From contig VGVZ01000014.1 in assembly GCA_016873805.1 (NCBI GenBank), forward strand, positions 8,522 to 72,521: a stretch of 64,000 bases of DNA, in the 5' to 3' direction. This DNA comes from Ignavibacteria bacterium (GTDB lineage Bacteria; Bacteroidota; Ignavibacteria; UBA10030). The notes under the pieces are model-generated. The model was not told where the DNA came from. It ran no database searches and saw nothing but the letters and a program-made list of their open reading frames with translations. Of this stretch, positions 62,293 to 64,000 are shown piece after piece. Numbering within the stretch: position 1 is the stretch's first letter; each line of letters begins with the position of its first letter. The translations under genes were made by a program, and so were the position numbers.

Positions 62293-63282
62293 ATGCCGAC
62301 AGTAAGTTTTCGAGAAGCACTGAATCAAGCGATGGATGAGGAAATGGCGCGCGATGAGCGCGTCTTCCTAATGGGTGAAGAAGTTGCGTACTACCAGGGT
62401 GCGTACAAGGTAAGTCAGGGGCTCCTCCAGAAATACGGCGATCGACGCATTGTCGATACGCCCATCGCGGAAGAAGGATTTGTCGGAATCGGAATCGGCG
62501 CCGCGATGGTCGGCCTTCGTCCCATCATCGAAGTGATGACATTCAATTTTTCGCTCGTGGCCTACGATCAGATCGTCAACCACGCGGCAAAGATGTATTC
62601 GATGTCTGGGGGACATTACTATGTCCCGATGGTCATTCGCGGTCCCGGCGGCGCGGCGCACATGCTCGCGGCTACACACTCGCAGTCCCTCGAATCGCTC
62701 TATGCCCATATTCCGGGACTCAAAGTCGTCATGCCCTCGAATCCGAAGGACGGAAAGGGGCTCCTGAAGTCCGCGATCCGCGATGAGAATCCGGTTATCT
62801 TTATTGAGAGCGAGATGATGTACGGAGACAAGGGGGAGATTCCTGAAGGCGAGTACACCATTCCGATCGGCGTCGGAGAAATTAAACGCGAAGGAACCGA
62901 TGTCACAATCGTTGCATGGTCCAAGATGCTCACTCGCGTCGCCGGAAAGGCAGTTGAGGAACTTGCCGGGATGGGAATCAGCGCGGAGCTCATCGATCCC
63001 CGCACGATCAGACCGATGGATTGGGATCTGATTGTGAATTCTGTGAAGAAGACGAATCGGCTCGTCGTCGTTGAAGAAGGATGGCCCTTCGCGGGCGTCG
63101 GCGCCCAGATTTCCCATGAAGTCATGCAACGTGCGTTCGACTATCTCGATGCACCGATTGAGCGAGTGACACAGGAAGATGTCCCGCTCCCCTACGCGCA
63201 CAATCTCGAAGTCGCATCTCTTCCAAGCGTCGAGAAAGTTGTCAAGGCAGTGAAGAACGTTATGTATCAGAACGGAAAATAG
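62293..63282 (+). CDS. pdhB: Pyruvate dehydrogenase E1 beta
   Basis: GEEVAYYQGAYK, DTPIAEEGF, EVMTFNFS, DYLDAP. Confidence 0.94.
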   Translation: MPTVSFREALNQAMDEEMARDERVFLMGEEVAYYQGAYKVSQGLLQKYGDRRIVDTPIAEEGFVGIGIGAAMVGLRPIIEVMTFNFSLVAYDQIVNHAAKMYSMSGGHYYVPMVIRGPGGAAHMLAATHSQSLESLYAHIPGLKVVMPSNPKDGKGLLKSAIRDENPVIFIESEMMYGDKGEIPEGEYTIPIGVGEIKREGTDVTIVAWSKMLTRVAGKAVEELAGMGISAELIDPRTIRPMDWDLIVNSVKKTNRLVVVEEGWPFAGVGAQISHEVMQRAFDYLDAPIERVTQEDVPLPYAHNLEVASLPSVEKVVKAVKNVMYQNGK

Positions 63283-63291
63283 AGACCCCGA

Positions 63292-64000
63292 ATGGCTACG
63301 AAAGTCCTGATGCCCAAGCTGAGCGACACAATGACCGAAGGAGTCATCCTCAAGTGGCTGAGGAAAGAAGGAGATGCGGTCAAGCAGGGGGAGATTCTTG
63401 TCGAAATCGAATCCGACAAAGCCGATATGGAACTTGAGGCGTACGACACGGGAGTGGTGCGCAAGATATTCGTCCCCGTCGGATCAAAAGCACCAATCGG
63501 AGAAGCGATAGCGATCATCGCGGATGCCGACGAGGATATCTCCGGTTTGCTCCAACCGTCAGCTCCATCCGCGGGAGTGAAGGCAGCGACGCAAACAGAG
63601 GTCTCCACCGTTTCTTCTCCATCGCAATCTGCACCGGCTGTCCCGGCACCCTCGGCTCTGGCAACCGATGGTCGTCTGAAGGCTTCTCCCCTTGCTCGTC
63701 GCATCGCTGAGGAGAGACAAATCGATTTGCGCCTGGTCGCCGGATCAGGACCACAGGGGCGAGTTGTGAAACGTGATCTGGAATCAGTCTCCGCCGCCGC
63801 GAAGCCATCGGCTTCACCGACACCAGCGATCCCTTCCGGCGTCTCCGCTCGTATCGAGCTCTCCCCTATTCGAAAGACCATCGCGCAACGGATGGCCCAG
63901 AGCAAGGCCACGGCTCCGCATTTCTACGTCACGGTCGAGATCGACATGAAACACGCGATCGCGTTTCGTGACCAGCTCAACAGCGTGAGCGACGCAAAGA
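63292..64000 (+). CDS. pdhC: Pyruvate dehydrogenase E2, dihydrolipoamide acetyltransferase (partial, runs off window end)
   Basis: Manual translation: MATKVLMPKLSDTMTEG...EIESDKADME lipoyl domain, ASPLARRIA E3-binding domain, PHFY. Confidence 0.9.
   Translation, partial: MATKVLMPKLSDTMTEGVILKWLRKEGDAVKQGEILVEIESDKADMELEAYDTGVVRKIFVPVGSKAPIGEAIAIIADADEDISGLLQPSAPSAGVKAATQTEVSTVSSPSQSAPAVPAPSALATDGRLKASPLARRIAEERQIDLRLVAGSGPQGRVVKRDLESVSAAAKPSASPTPAIPSGVSARIELSPIRKTIAQRMAQSKATAPHFYVTVEIDMKHAIAFRDQLNSVSDAK

Overview
64 kb of a moderately GC-rich bacterial chromosome, probably FCB group / Ignavibacteria-like (inferred from gene content and TAnnTTTG promoter motifs). Most of it is housekeeping: udk, nuoGHI, comM, dusB, polX, nth, tyrosine phenol-lyase, glcDF, tmRNA, phoBR-porin-pstSCAB-phoU, dapF, purL, biotin carboxylase and carrier, mutS2, exbBDD plus a TonB-dependent receptor, and pdhABC. 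There are two accessory regions. (1) A ~7.2 kb heavy-metal efflux island at comM, flanked by a 473-bp direct repeat of the comM 3' end, with no integrase. (2) A tRNA-Asp locus where one intact tRNA is followed by a small GIY-YIG nuclease gene, three partial tRNA copies and a ~2.9 kb tyrosine-integrase island; in the two copies that retain the T-arm region it is overwritten by an identical 21-nt palindrome. The GIY-YIG / tRNA-repeat / palindrome arrangement is the best candidate for an undescribed system. Also notable are two His-rich leader ORFs ending in RAPP-like motifs (RSPP, RGPP) upstream of metal export and import genes, and a gene-sized ORF-free gap after purL. All calls come from motif recognition by eye; no database searches were run.
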